Counted from the stretch's first letter, positions 19,892 through 30,966 are shown. The stretch: 64,000 nucleotides of DNA from Nitrospirales bacterium (GCA_965223295.1 CBDCWC010000002.1:1504001-1568000); one strand, 5' to 3'. The notes: a model not told the origin generated them from the letters alone. Translations and numbers: made by a program.

Positions 19892-21433
19892 ATGTCCCCG
19901 TCTAACGCCACAACCGACCCTGCCACTTCACCCCGCACCACTTCTGCTCAGCCGTGCACCATCGTTATCTTCGGGGCGTCGGGTGACCTGACACGTCGGA
20001 AATTATTGCCGGCCCTCTATAATTTGCTAGTGGATGGCTTATTGCCTGAAAATTTTGCAGTTTTAGGGTTAGGCCGCAAAGATCTTTCGGATGACGATTT
20101 CCGGGGAATTGCCAAGAATGGCATTGAACAGTTTTCCCGGCAAACTCTTCAACCGGACATCTGGGAAAAGTTTCACACCCGGCTCTTTTATTGCGCCGGG
20201 AACATCAGCGCCAACGAGTATTATGCGACAATTCGTGACCGTCTCAAAGCCATTGAAACGCCATTCAACCTACCAGGCAATCGCATTTTTTATTTAGCCA
20301 TTCCGCCCGGCTCTTTTGCGCCCGCCTGCGAAGGTCTGCATCGTGTAGGACTGGTATCACTCACCGAGACATCGAAAACCTATTCCCGAGTCATTGTGGA
20401 AAAGCCCATTGGCCATGATTTGGCCTCCGCGAAAACCATTAATACCGCTATCGGCAATGTATTTGAAGAATCACAAATTTATCGCATCGACCATTATCTT
20501 GGAAAAGAAACCGTCCAAAATATCATGGTAATGCGGTTTGCCAATTCCATTTTTGAACCCTTGTGGAATCATAAATACATCGATCACGTGCAACTGACCG
20601 TGAGCGAAGCCGTGACGTTAGGCAGCCGCGCGGCCTACTACGAAGGGGCTGGGGCCCTTCGCGACATGATTCAAAATCATATTCTCCAATTGTTATGTCT
20701 CATCGCTATGGAACCGCCCTATTCTCTTGATCCGGATGTCGTCCGCAACGCACGCATGGATGTCCTGCGTGGATTACGCCCGATTCGCGGGAAAGAAGTG
20801 GAAGAGATGACGGTCCGCGCCCAATATGCCCACGGCACAATCAACGGACAAGAAGTCCCGGGTTATCGGCGCGAGGAAGGCGTCAAACCCGATTCCACCA
20901 CCGAAACTTATGTGGCGTTAAAAGTCTTTGTAGAAAATTGGCGTTGGGCAGGCGTACCATTTTTCATTCGTACTGGAAAAGCCATGACCAAACGAGCTTC
21001 GGAGATTGCTGTCCAGTTTAAGGAAATTCCACAAATATTGTTTAATGCCAATCCTAAAATCCCCCAGGCACCGAATGTGCTGAAGTTACGCATTCAGCCA
21101 GAAGAAGGTTTGTCGTTACGGGTGATTTCCAAAGTCCCCGGCACGAAAGCTCATACGCATCCGGTGGAGATGGATTTTCAATATGGAGATGCGTTTGATG
21201 CGCCTTCACCCGAAGCCTATGAACGCCTGTTGTTGGACGTGATGACTGGTGATGCCTCCCTCTTTATGCGACGAGACGCGGTAGAAGCCTCATGGGCCTG
21301 GGTCAATGATATCTTAGAAGGCTGGAGCACCCATGGACACAAATGGTTGCCGGAATATCAGGCCGGTACGTGGGGACCGATAGAAGCTGACCGCCTCATT
21401 CAGGCCGACGGCCATCATTGGCGTGAAGTGTAA
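19892..21433 (+). CDS. zwf: Glucose-6-phosphate 1-dehydrogenase
   Basis: GASGDLTRRKL and RIDHYLGKETVQN motifs. Confidence 0.97.
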   Translation: MSPSNATTDPATSPRTTSAQPCTIVIFGASGDLTRRKLLPALYNLLVDGLLPENFAVLGLGRKDLSDDDFRGIAKNGIEQFSRQTLQPDIWEKFHTRLFYCAGNISANEYYATIRDRLKAIETPFNLPGNRIFYLAIPPGSFAPACEGLHRVGLVSLTETSKTYSRVIVEKPIGHDLASAKTINTAIGNVFEESQIYRIDHYLGKETVQNIMVMRFANSIFEPLWNHKYIDHVQLTVSEAVTLGSRAAYYEGAGALRDMIQNHILQLLCLIAMEPPYSLDPDVVRNARMDVLRGLRPIRGKEVEEMTVRAQYAHGTINGQEVPGYRREEGVKPDSTTETYVALKVFVENWRWAGVPFFIRTGKAMTKRASEIAVQFKEIPQILFNANPKIPQAPNVLKLRIQPEEGLSLRVISKVPGTKAHTHPVEMDFQYGDAFDAPSPEAYERLLLDVMTGDASLFMRRDAVEASWAWVNDILEGWSTHGHKWLPEYQAGTWGPIEADRLIQADGHHWREV

Positions 21434-21480
21434 GACTTCCGCTCCTTCCCCAGATAGACATATTTCTCTTGCTCGCAATC

Positions 21481-21502
21481 AAATGGTGTCAGGAACCTTT
21501 TT
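21481..21502. repeat. Single REP-like half-site (AAATGGTGTCAGGAACCTTTTT)
   Basis: GG(T/G)GTCAG core resembles the GGGGTCAG family; lies between convergent genes; no partner seen. Confidence 0.3.
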
Positions 21503-21665
21503 ATAAAGAGCGGACTTAAAAAAGACTCGCTCTAGGTTATTCTAGAGGAATACTTCCAATGACGACGAGTCAAGACATAAGGAATGGTGTGACTCAGAGG
21601 CAAAGCTTTCTCTCTATTGTTGCATCTCATGTAGGAACAAAACCGTAATGTAGTCTCTTCTCTAT

Positions 21666-24527
21666 TCAATGTGCAGCGACACAGAGAGCAGATTCGATGG
21701 CTTGCTCGAGACGGGTGAGACCCTTGATGACATCTGATCCAAGGTGAACACGAATAACGCGTCGACTTTTGGCCGTCAGACTTTGCAAATCACCTAAGGC
21801 TTGTGCCGCTTTGAGGACGCCAAAGGTATAGGATTCATCTGGAATTGCAAGATCTTCCGCATCATCAGCTGTCACTTGAATAAAGACGCCGGAGTTGGGA
21901 CCGCCTTTGTGAAGTTGCCCGGTGGAGTGAAGGAAGCGCGGCCCATAACCTAGCGTGGTAGCAACCTGCTTGGTCTCACGGATTTTTGTACGAATGCGGT
22001 CAAAAATGGCATGAACTGCATCTGTCCGCTCTACATAGACATTCATGGCAAAGTAATCTCCAGCCTGCAGACGGATGACATGCGCGGCAATAAGATCGTC
22101 TAATGAAGAGCTTCCTTTAAGAGCTTGTTGGTTGGACTCATCAGCAAAAACTTGCACATCGCCATCAATGAGAAGAGGAGACGTTTCTACAAGTCTGCCC
22201 TCTTTCTTGAATGTTTCAAGGTGAGCTTTGGTGTAGTCCTTACTCTCTTGGACGTTGGGTTGATCGAACGCATTGATGCCTAACATGGCCCCAGCCACTG
22301 CCGTCGCCATTTCCCACAAGAAAAATTCCTGCCCGAGATTCAACAAGTCAGCCGTTTGAATGCGAATCACTAGATGGCCTGCCTGCTCCAAAGCCGTCAC
22401 AGCCTCGTCTTGGTGGGCATCAACTCCTTGTTCATATCGAATATAGACAAAGACTCGGTCTTGACCATACACCTCGGGCGTACCAACAGATTCGCCTTCT
22501 ACAGGGACAATGCCTTGGCCTTCTTTTCCAGTACTTTCTGCCACCAATTGCTCCAGCCAGGCCCCAAGGTCCCAGAGTGCTGGTGAGGTGATAAAGGTCA
22601 GCTTATCTCGCCCTGCTTTCGCCAAGGTTCCTAACACAGTGCCCAAATATGCCCCTGGATTTTCCTTGGCTGGAACCGAGGCGCCACATGAATGGCGCAT
22701 ACGTTCAGCCTGGTAGAGAAACCGTTCAATATTCAGCCCCATGAACGCAGCCGGAACAATACCAAAATTTGAGAGTGCCGAATACCGTCCTCCAATTTCA
22801 GGAACACCAGGCAAAATATGCCGAAATCCTAATTCCTTTGCCACACCTTCGAGCAACGAACCTGGATCCGTAATCGCCACAAAATGCTGACCCGCCTTTT
22901 CCCCTACCACTTGACGCATCCGCTCAAAAAAGTATTTCTGAAAGACAAGAGGTTCGGTCGTTGAACCAGATTTACTGGCCACAATGCATAGGGTCGCAGC
23001 TAAATCTCCGAGTTCTTCAAATGCGCGAACTTGAGAAGGCACGGTACTGTCCAGAACATGCAATTCAGGATAGCCCTCAATGATGCCATAAGTCATCCGC
23101 AAAACTTCCGGACACAGACTACTGCCTCCCATTCCTAGCAGGAGGATACGCTTGAATCCCCCGCTTTTAATTTCTTGTGCCAGCACTTGGAGTTGAACAA
23201 TCATGGGAAGCTGTTCTTCGGAAATGCTCAACCAGCCCAGCGCTTGACGGATAATATTCTGATGGTCTGGGTTCTGATGCCACACGGTGGGATCCTTTTG
23301 CCAAATCCGGCGAACAATATCGTTCTTTTGGACACCTGCAAGCGCCTCGTCAACTGGCTCCTGCCAGGGCCCAAGCGCATAGGTGACACGATCGAGTTCG
23401 GTTCCTAAAACTTCGGCCCGCTTACGGCTGATCACACCCAATAATTGCTCAAAGGCGTCGACAAATAACTTCGCCCCATCACGCAACAGCGTATCGGTCA
23501 CATCTTTAATCGAAATCCCCACCTCGGCCAATTGCCGCATCGTGGCTTTCGCCTCATCAATATCTTTTTGAATCGTGTTCTCAACGGTGCCATTTTTTCG
23601 AAACGCCACAAATGTGGCTTCAGGCATCGTATTCACGGTGTCAGCCCCAATAAGCTGATCGACATAGAGCGTCTCCGGATAGCTTGGGTTTTTCGTACCC
23701 GTGCTAGCCCATAACACCCGCTGAACTCTCGCACCTTTCTCTTTCAAACTCTGAAACTCGTCGCTCTGCATTATTTCCTGGAATTTTTGATAAGCCAATT
23801 TGGCATTGGCAATCGCCACTTTTCCTCGAAGACTTTCAAGAACGTTGCGCCGACCAGCATGTGATTCTACTTTAATTTTCTCTTCAAGCTGTTTATCAAT
23901 CAGACTGTCGATCCGACTCACAAAAAAACTCGCGACGGAAGCCACTTGCCGGACATCTCCTCCATTACGAGCTAACCGCTCTAACCCACGTATGTACCGC
24001 CACGCCACTTGTTCGTACATCTCCACACTAAATAACAGAGTGACATTAATATTGATCCCGCGTGATAAGAGTTCCTCAATGGCCGGCAACCCTTCAACGG
24101 TCCCCGGCACTTTAATCATGACATTCTTTCGGTCCACCATTTCATACAATCGCACAGCTTCTTCTATCGTTCCCCCCGTATCAAACGCCAAATGTGGTGA
24201 GACTTCCAAACTCACATACCCGTCTTGTCCATTTGTACGCTCATACACCACCCACATGACATCTGCCGCATCTTGGATATCTCGAATAGCAATCTGTTCA
24301 TACATCTGCTTGACACCAATGTACTCAGTGGCACCCTGCCTCAATGCATGATCGTAATCAGAACTTCCGGCAATCGCTTTTTCAAAAATAGCCGGATTCG
24401 AGGTCATTCCCATCAGGCCGTCTTGATCAACCAACGCTTGCAACTGGCCCGAAGTAATTAACCCACGACGGATATAGTCATACCAAGGGCTTTGCCCCAA
24501 TTCGCGAAGTTGAATCAGAGGATTCAT
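21666..24527 (-). CDS. Bifunctional transaldolase / phosphoglucose isomerase
   Basis: TSNPAIF, MIKVP and LWASTGTK (Tal) followed by GMGGS, SKSGST and GGRYS (Pgi). Confidence 0.93.
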   Translation of the reverse strand: MNPLIQLRELGQSPWYDYIRRGLITSGQLQALVDQDGLMGMTSNPAIFEKAIAGSSDYDHALRQGATEYIGVKQMYEQIAIRDIQDAADVMWVVYERTNGQDGYVSLEVSPHLAFDTGGTIEEAVRLYEMVDRKNVMIKVPGTVEGLPAIEELLSRGININVTLLFSVEMYEQVAWRYIRGLERLARNGGDVRQVASVASFFVSRIDSLIDKQLEEKIKVESHAGRRNVLESLRGKVAIANAKLAYQKFQEIMQSDEFQSLKEKGARVQRVLWASTGTKNPSYPETLYVDQLIGADTVNTMPEATFVAFRKNGTVENTIQKDIDEAKATMRQLAEVGISIKDVTDTLLRDGAKLFVDAFEQLLGVISRKRAEVLGTELDRVTYALGPWQEPVDEALAGVQKNDIVRRIWQKDPTVWHQNPDHQNIIRQALGWLSISEEQLPMIVQLQVLAQEIKSGGFKRILLLGMGGSSLCPEVLRMTYGIIEGYPELHVLDSTVPSQVRAFEELGDLAATLCIVASKSGSTTEPLVFQKYFFERMRQVVGEKAGQHFVAITDPGSLLEGVAKELGFRHILPGVPEIGGRYSALSNFGIVPAAFMGLNIERFLYQAERMRHSCGASVPAKENPGAYLGTVLGTLAKAGRDKLTFITSPALWDLGAWLEQLVAESTGKEGQGIVPVEGESVGTPEVYGQDRVFVYIRYEQGVDAHQDEAVTALEQAGHLVIRIQTADLLNLGQEFFLWEMATAVAGAMLGINAFDQPNVQESKDYTKAHLETFKKEGRLVETSPLLIDGDVQVFADESNQQALKGSSSLDDLIAAHVIRLQAGDYFAMNVYVERTDAVHAIFDRIRTKIRETKQVATTLGYGPRFLHSTGQLHKGGPNSGVFIQVTADDAEDLAIPDESYTFGVLKAAQALGDLQSLTAKSRRVIRVHLGSDVIKGLTRLEQAIESALCVAAH

Positions 24528-24710
24528 AGTATAGTCTTCCTTGTGAAAAGTGATTTCGTGTCCATGAAAATCAGAATCGCTTATTTCCTATACGGTCTCT
24601 GGCTTCACAATGACCATCTTCCCTGATTCTCTCCCAGCCAGAGTTTCTGTTCTATCTATTATATCGTGTTGAGGCCCAGAATGCTTCTCTTCTTTCTCTC
24701 TTTTTTCTGA

Positions 24711-27008
24711 CTAATGGGAAATTTGAGATTGTTCAACCTGGGCTTTCGCCGCCTGCACAACATGTTCTACCGTAAAACCAAATTTTTTCTGGAGTTCTTT
24801 GAGGGGGGCAGATGCGCCAAACGAAGACATCCCAATCACATACCCAGTTAATCCCACATAACGATCCCATCCAAATGTTGATGCCTGCTCTACTCCCACT
24901 CTGGCTGTGACATGGGGAGGCAAAACCCCATCACGATAGTCCTGATCCTGCCGTTCGTATAGTTCCCATGAAGGCAAACTGACCACTCGACTTTTGATGC
25001 CCTGCTGCTGCAACTGTTCATGCGCTCCGATACAAAGCGCAACCTCGCTTCCTGTCCCAATTAAGATCACCTCAGGTCGGCCGTCTGGTGTGTCTGCCAA
25101 CACATAGCCACCCTTCGCCACCCCTGCAGCAGAAGCATAGCGCCCTCGATCTAAGGTCGGGACTGCCTGGCGCGTCAATATTAATGCGACAGGTTCATGT
25201 TGCAACTGCATAATCACTTTCCAGGCCTCCACAATTTCGTTGGCGTCACCTGGACGAAATGTGATGAGTCCAGGAATTGCGCGTAACCCAGCTAGTTGCT
25301 CAATAGGCTGATGCGTCGGGCCATCTTCTCCAACCCCTATGGAATCATGCGTAAAAATATGAATAACCGGAATCTCCATCAGTGCACTTAACCGGATAGC
25401 CGGCTTGGCATAGTCACTAAATATGAGAAATCCTGAGCCATAAGGCCGGGCCTTGGACACTGACAATCCGTTCAAAATGGATCCCATCGCATGCTCACGC
25501 ACTCCAAAATGCATATTTCGTCCATCAGGGGTCTGAGGTGAAAAATCGCCTGCCCCTTCGAAGGTTAACCGGGTTTTGGTGGAGGGAGCCAAATCCGCTG
25601 CCCCTCCGATTAACCAGGGAACCTGTTGTGCCAAACAATTCAGCACTTTTCCAGAAGCCTCACGCCCTGCTACGCCTTTTGCATCGGAAGGAAATGTCGG
25701 TAAGCCTTGATCCCAGGTCTCGGGCAATTGCCGAAACTGCATTCTAATTAATTGGTCTGCCAGATCGGGGTATTTGGCCTGATATTGTCCAAAGGAGTCG
25801 ATCCATTCCTCCTGAAGCAGTTTTCCCCGTTTGCAGATACCCTGACCAAAGTGCCCTGGCACCTCCGGAGGAATCAGAAATTGTGCATCCTCGGGCCATC
25901 CATAGTTTCGCTTGGTCAGACGGATTTCCTCTTCGCCAAGTGGCTCACCATGCGCGCCATGAGTATCCTGCTTATGTGGCGCTCCATAACCAATATGGCT
26001 ATCCACAATGATGAGCGTGGGACGCTCCTGTTCTTGATGAAACGTGTGGAATGCCCGATCCAACATTTCCAGATCATTGGCATCCGCCACTCGCGTCACA
26101 TTCCAGCCATAGGCCATAAATCGCGTGGCAACATCCTCACTAAAGGCTAATTGGGTGTTCCCTTCAATGGTAATTTTATTGTTATCATAGATCCAACATA
26201 AGTTAGAGAGCTTTTGATGCCCGGCTAGCGAGGCGGCTTCCGATGCGACCCCTTCCATCAAACAACCATCGCCACAAAGCGCGTACACATTGTAGGTAAA
26301 CATGGGAAAATCTGGTCGGTTGAAATAGCCCGCCGTCCAACGTTGCGCCATGGCCATGCCCACACTCGTCGCGACTCCCTGCCCTAGAGGCCCCGTTGTC
26401 GTTTCAATACCGGACGTCCAGCGATATTCAGGGTGCCCTGGGCACTTGCTCTCCAGTTGACGAAATCGCTTGATATCGTCCATCGTGACCGCAAGATGCC
26501 CCACTTGCTCATAGTGAGCATCCACAGCTTTGACACCACACAAATGCAGTAACGAATAGAGCAACATCGAGGCATGTCCGGCAGATAGTACAAACCGGTC
26601 CCGGTCCGACCACAACGGTGATTCGGGATCAAACCGCAGCACACGATTCCACAGCCAATACACTACCGGCGCCAACGCCATCGGGGTACCGGGATGTCCG
26701 GAATTGGCTGCTTGGACGGCATCCATGGCGAGCGTACGAATCGTATGAATGCACAGTTGATCTCGAGAGCGTTCCATGATGGAAGCCATGGAGGACTCAG
26801 AAGTTTTTTCTCCATTGCTTGAGGGCGAGAGCACTGGCTCTGTAACCTGGGATCGTTTAGAAACTTTGTTCGGTATCCTAATGCCTGACCCAACTGAAGT
26901 GGTCCCGGGTGATGAAGCATCTTTTTGCTCTACAACAGAAACCGGTTGTGAAGCTTCCTCCTTCTTAGGAGGCGGGTCCTTTTTCCTCTTCATAAATAAT
27001 CCACTCAT
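24711..27008 (-). CDS. tkt: Transketolase
   Basis: SGHPG, GDGCLMEG ThDP motif and THDSIGVGEDGPTHQP. Confidence 0.96.
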   Translation of the reverse strand: MSGLFMKRKKDPPPKKEEASQPVSVVEQKDASSPGTTSVGSGIRIPNKVSKRSQVTEPVLSPSSNGEKTSESSMASIMERSRDQLCIHTIRTLAMDAVQAANSGHPGTPMALAPVVYWLWNRVLRFDPESPLWSDRDRFVLSAGHASMLLYSLLHLCGVKAVDAHYEQVGHLAVTMDDIKRFRQLESKCPGHPEYRWTSGIETTTGPLGQGVATSVGMAMAQRWTAGYFNRPDFPMFTYNVYALCGDGCLMEGVASEAASLAGHQKLSNLCWIYDNNKITIEGNTQLAFSEDVATRFMAYGWNVTRVADANDLEMLDRAFHTFHQEQERPTLIIVDSHIGYGAPHKQDTHGAHGEPLGEEEIRLTKRNYGWPEDAQFLIPPEVPGHFGQGICKRGKLLQEEWIDSFGQYQAKYPDLADQLIRMQFRQLPETWDQGLPTFPSDAKGVAGREASGKVLNCLAQQVPWLIGGAADLAPSTKTRLTFEGAGDFSPQTPDGRNMHFGVREHAMGSILNGLSVSKARPYGSGFLIFSDYAKPAIRLSALMEIPVIHIFTHDSIGVGEDGPTHQPIEQLAGLRAIPGLITFRPGDANEIVEAWKVIMQLQHEPVALILTRQAVPTLDRGRYASAAGVAKGGYVLADTPDGRPEVILIGTGSEVALCIGAHEQLQQQGIKSRVVSLPSWELYERQDQDYRDGVLPPHVTARVGVEQASTFGWDRYVGLTGYVIGMSSFGASAPLKELQKKFGFTVEHVVQAAKAQVEQSQISH

Positions 27009-27225
27009 TTGTTACTCCACCCTCGTATGTCAGCGTTTTTCCAAATCGGTGATAATTTCAGTTGAAAGAGCCAGGGGACATGCTATCCATTCTTTCTTTC
27101 GGTCAGTGAGAAGGCCAGCTTAATTGAAATATTTGGGTGGCAAGGTCTGTTGCTAGTTCTTGCCCACAATTTTTCTCTTTTCGGGATTTGCCAATTCTTT
27201 GAACCGGTGATTATGATTCTTCCTG

Positions 27226-27420
27226 ATGAAGGTTCGTCTTAGCCATCCTACCCGTGACCTTGAACTCCCAGGGCCCAAACGCGTGTCCGACATTTTCAAG
27301 GAACTTCAATTGATTCCTGAAGCCTTTTTGATCATTCGCGGTCAAGACCTCATGACCGAAGACGAAGTTGTGGCTGATGGAGATAGTATTGAAATTCGTC
27401 CTGTCATTTCTGGAGGGTAA
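27226..27420 (+). CDS. ttuB: Ubiquitin-like sulfur carrier (ThiS/MoaD/TtuB-like)
   Basis: 64 aa ending ISGG; adjacent to TtuA-like gene. Confidence 0.75.
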   Translation: MKVRLSHPTRDLELPGPKRVSDIFKELQLIPEAFLIIRGQDLMTEDEVVADGDSIEIRPVISGG

Positions 27421-27423
27421 CTC

Positions 27424-28359
27424 GTGCGTTGTCGAAAATGTCCGCGTCGGGCAGTATTGGGTATGCCGCGGCACAATACCGCGTTTTGTGGCCCCTGCCT
27501 AACGGAATTCGTCAGGATACAAGTTCAACGGGCCATCAAATCTCAGATGATGTTTTCTCCAGAAGATCGCATTCTGGTCGCAGTGTCTGGTGGGAAAGAT
27601 AGCTTGACGCTCTGGGAAATTTTACTCAAATTGGGTTATCAAGTCGATGCTGTGTATGTGGATTTAGGTATCGCGGGATATTCAGAACGGTCTCGCGAAA
27701 AGGTGGAAGGGTTTGCTCGAAATGTTGCCCAATCCTGCGGATCAAAACTCATCATTCATCGGGTAGAAGAAGATGCAGGAACTGGCATTAAAGAATTGGC
27801 TCATATCGTTAAGCGACCAACCTGTTCGGCCTGCGGCACGATCAAACGCTACCAATTCAATCGCGTGGCATGGGAGAATAAATATGACGTGATGGCCACA
27901 GGGCACAATCTGGATGATGAGGCCGCACGATTGTTGGGGAATGTCTTACAGTGGCAGGAAGACTATCTCCAAAAACAATCGCCAACGCTTCCTGCTTCGG
28001 TTGAAGGCTTTGCCAAGAAAGTCAAACCGCTCTATCGCATGACCGAACGCGAAATTGCCGCCTATGCCGTCGTGAACCGCATTGATTATTTAATGGAAGA
28101 ATGCCCAATGGCAAAAGGGGCGAAAATGTTGGTGTACAAAGACGCACTGAACCGCCTGGAAGCTGAATCGCCCGGGACGAAACACCGTTTTTATTGGGGA
28201 TTTTTAGAAAAACAGAAGAAAGCGACTGAATCTTCGCAATCTATGACAGCAAGTGACCAAGCCACCCTTTTACCCTGTGAGACCTGCCAGCAACCCACGA
28301 CCGCAGGCACATGCACTTTCTGCCGCATGATGGCCCGCGCAAAAGCCCCTGCTCACTAA
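27424..28359 (+). CDS. ttuA: TtuA/Ncs6-type tRNA 2-thiolation protein
   Basis: N- and C-terminal Zn fingers; PP-loop SGGKDS; CSAC...C Fe-S ligands; GHNLDDEA. Confidence 0.8.
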   Translation: MRCRKCPRRAVLGMPRHNTAFCGPCLTEFVRIQVQRAIKSQMMFSPEDRILVAVSGGKDSLTLWEILLKLGYQVDAVYVDLGIAGYSERSREKVEGFARNVAQSCGSKLIIHRVEEDAGTGIKELAHIVKRPTCSACGTIKRYQFNRVAWENKYDVMATGHNLDDEAARLLGNVLQWQEDYLQKQSPTLPASVEGFAKKVKPLYRMTEREIAAYAVVNRIDYLMEECPMAKGAKMLVYKDALNRLEAESPGTKHRFYWGFLEKQKKATESSQSMTASDQATLLPCETCQQPTTAGTCTFCRMMARAKAPAH

Positions 28360-28419
28360 AGACCTATTCATTTGGAAAAATCTGAATCTTCTCACATCAC
28401 CTTCATCCAAAAATGGATG

Positions 28420-28564
28420 TGTTGAATAACGAAGATATCAAAGGCCACACTTCGCCAGAAAACCCTGGGCGATCAACAGCGTCGGGTCGGTTCAAAAAGT
28501 CCGCTCGCCTGGGCGAAGCCGCTAGGGCAAGGGCAGGGAACGCCGCTGGTGGCTTTTTTCAACA
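28420..28564 (+). mobile_element. Modular MITE, copy A
   Basis: TGTTGAATAA...GGGTCGGTTCAAAAAGTCC...CTTTTTTCAACA; shared with copies at 30798, 31600 and 57875. Confidence 0.75.
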
Positions 28565-28607
28565 AACCCCAAAATGGAAAGGAAGTTTTAAGCTGGAAGT
28601 TAGGAGC

Positions 28608-30368
28608 CTAGTCTCGATGAAAGCGGACTTTGACTTTTTTCCCTTTGATTCTTGACCGACCTAATACTTTAATAATTTCTTGGGCTAACTCCGCCGGAAC
28701 TTTCACTAGCGAAGAATCATCTGATATGTTGATGGGCCCGATCAGATTCGAGTTAAGTCCAGCCTCATTCGCAATCGCACCCACAAAATCACCTGGACGA
28801 ACACCTGCTTTTTTTCCGGCATTGAAATGCAAGGTTGTCATATTGACAGATTGACCTGATCGACGGCCTTGCCGTCCGCGCCGAACGGACCGACCAGGCC
28901 TGTCTTCTCGCCTGCCGCCTCGCACTTGATTTGATGAAACCCCTCTCGGACGCCTAGATGTTGAAGAAGCCTTTTCTCCGCGCTCACGTATGGCAGGAAT
29001 CTCTTCTTCCATTGGCTGCCCGTCTTTAGAGTCAGAAGCCAGCTGGATCGCGGCTGCAGCCACATCGGAAAGATCGAATTGTTCAGTTAGTGTCCGGACC
29101 ACATTTCGGAATCGATCAAAATTGTTAGCAGCAAGAATGTCATGAAGGGAAGATCCGATACGTTCCATTCGCTTAGCTTGAAGATCAGCCACGGTGGGGA
29201 GCATAGCTATGGGAATTTTGGATTTTGTCAGACGTTCAATATTCTGAAGCAGCCATTGCTCACGCGGCTCGACGAACATGATCGCTTCACCGCTACGCCC
29301 GGCACGCCCGGTTCTTCCAATACGATGGACATAAGCTTCGGGAGAGGACGGCACATCGTAATTCATCACATGCGATACATGTGAAATATCCAATCCTCGC
29401 GCGGCCACATCTGTTGCAACAAGGAGATCTATTTCCCCTGCCCGGAATGCCTGCATGACTCGATCCCGTTGAGCCTGGTTCATCCCACCATGAAGGCCCT
29501 CACTCCGATACCCGCGACTGTTGAGCTTCGAGGTCAATTCATCAACTTCTAAACGTGTCCGACAGAACACAAGTGTTGATTTTGGATTCGCCATATCCAA
29601 GATACGAATGAGAGCCAAGATCTTATGCGATCGGCGAACGAGGTAGGCCGTCTGATGGACGCGAGGAACCGCTCCAGCTGCAACCGGCTCCTTCGCAATG
29701 TGAATCTCAACAGGATCATGTAAATGGCGGCTCGCGATAGACGCAATACGGGGTGGCATCGTTGCCGAAAACAGTGCAGTCTGCCTGTCTTTTGGCGTCT
29801 CCTGAAGAATCGCATCCAGATCCTCGGCAAAGCCCATGTTGAGCATTTCATCTGCCTCATCCAGCACCACGACTTGCAGATCCTGGAGCCGTAACGTTTT
29901 GCGTCGGATGTGATCTAAGGCCCGACCGGGTGTTGCTACGACCACATCTACTCCACGTTTCAATTCCACCAGTTGCGATCGAATAGCCTGTCCTCCATAG
30001 ACAGCCAGGATGGCAACCTGCTGTTCTTTGCCATAGCGCTGAACCGCCTCACACACTTGAATCGCCAATTCACGCGTTGGCACCAGAATGAGGACGGAAG
30101 GATGAGAGTGCCGTGCTACATGAGCCAAGCGCTGAAGAAGTGGCAATGTGAACGCAGCGGTCTTACCTGTTCCTGTTGCTGCCCGGCCCAAGAGGTCGCG
30201 TCCAGCCAAAAGAGGTGGGATGGCCTCATATTGGATCGGAGTAGGCTCTTCATAGCCTAAGGTCTCAAGCGTGGTCAGTAACGCCGCCTCTAATCCAAGT
30301 GCGGCAAAACCTGGAGAAAAGCCCTTTATGGTTGGAGGCGCGGGGAAGTAAGTCTTACGATTTTTCAT
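28608..30368 (-). CDS. deaD: DEAD-box RNA helicase with DbpA C-terminal domain
   Basis: ATGTGKT, DEAD, SAT and HRIGRTGR motifs; C-terminal PGDFVGAIANEAG. Confidence 0.88.
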   Translation of the reverse strand: MKNRKTYFPAPPTIKGFSPGFAALGLEAALLTTLETLGYEEPTPIQYEAIPPLLAGRDLLGRAATGTGKTAAFTLPLLQRLAHVARHSHPSVLILVPTRELAIQVCEAVQRYGKEQQVAILAVYGGQAIRSQLVELKRGVDVVVATPGRALDHIRRKTLRLQDLQVVVLDEADEMLNMGFAEDLDAILQETPKDRQTALFSATMPPRIASIASRHLHDPVEIHIAKEPVAAGAVPRVHQTAYLVRRSHKILALIRILDMANPKSTLVFCRTRLEVDELTSKLNSRGYRSEGLHGGMNQAQRDRVMQAFRAGEIDLLVATDVAARGLDISHVSHVMNYDVPSSPEAYVHRIGRTGRAGRSGEAIMFVEPREQWLLQNIERLTKSKIPIAMLPTVADLQAKRMERIGSSLHDILAANNFDRFRNVVRTLTEQFDLSDVAAAAIQLASDSKDGQPMEEEIPAIRERGEKASSTSRRPRGVSSNQVRGGRREDRPGRSVRRGRQGRRSGQSVNMTTLHFNAGKKAGVRPGDFVGAIANEAGLNSNLIGPINISDDSSLVKVPAELAQEIIKVLGRSRIKGKKVKVRFHRD

Positions 30369-30797
30369 AAACGATTTCGAGCACCTTTCAATATTGGATT
30401 GTCCATAAGGTATCTAGAAAAATTTCTCGATATCTTACTTCCTGGTCCTGTCAATAACAGACGGGGAACAGCACAATAGGGGAAGCGATAACATCTGAGT
30501 GAACACTTTCACTTTCAACTTAGACAATTCAGACCGCCCTCGCCTCCAAAGAGACAAAGGGGGAGAAGAAAGGCCTACTTGGACGTTCCAGCACAACAAT
30601 AATAACAGGAAACCCTACATTGCCACATTGAGAGACAGAATGACACCAGTCTTTCGTCCCACAAAGACCTCCATTGTAGGTAAATCCGCACTGAAAACCC
30701 TACGTAGTATGGATTTCGGATTCCTGATTAGGGTTTTAGGATCGTCAGAACATACTTCTCCTCTCGACTTCGATACAAGGGAAGACAGTTTGGGGAA

Positions 30798-30966
30798 TGT
30801 TGAACAATAAAGATATCGGAGAACATATTTCGCCAGAAAGACGGTGGTTGTCAGAAACATCGGGTCGGTTCAAAAAAGTCCGCTCGCCTGCGCGAAGCCG
30901 CTTCCAGCCTTCGTAGCCCATCGAGTTACTCCGACGGAGTAGGCGGCGGCTTTTTTCAATAGACCC
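30798..30966 (+). mobile_element. Modular MITE, copy B
   Basis: Same ends and inner module as copy A, different internal segment. Confidence 0.7.
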
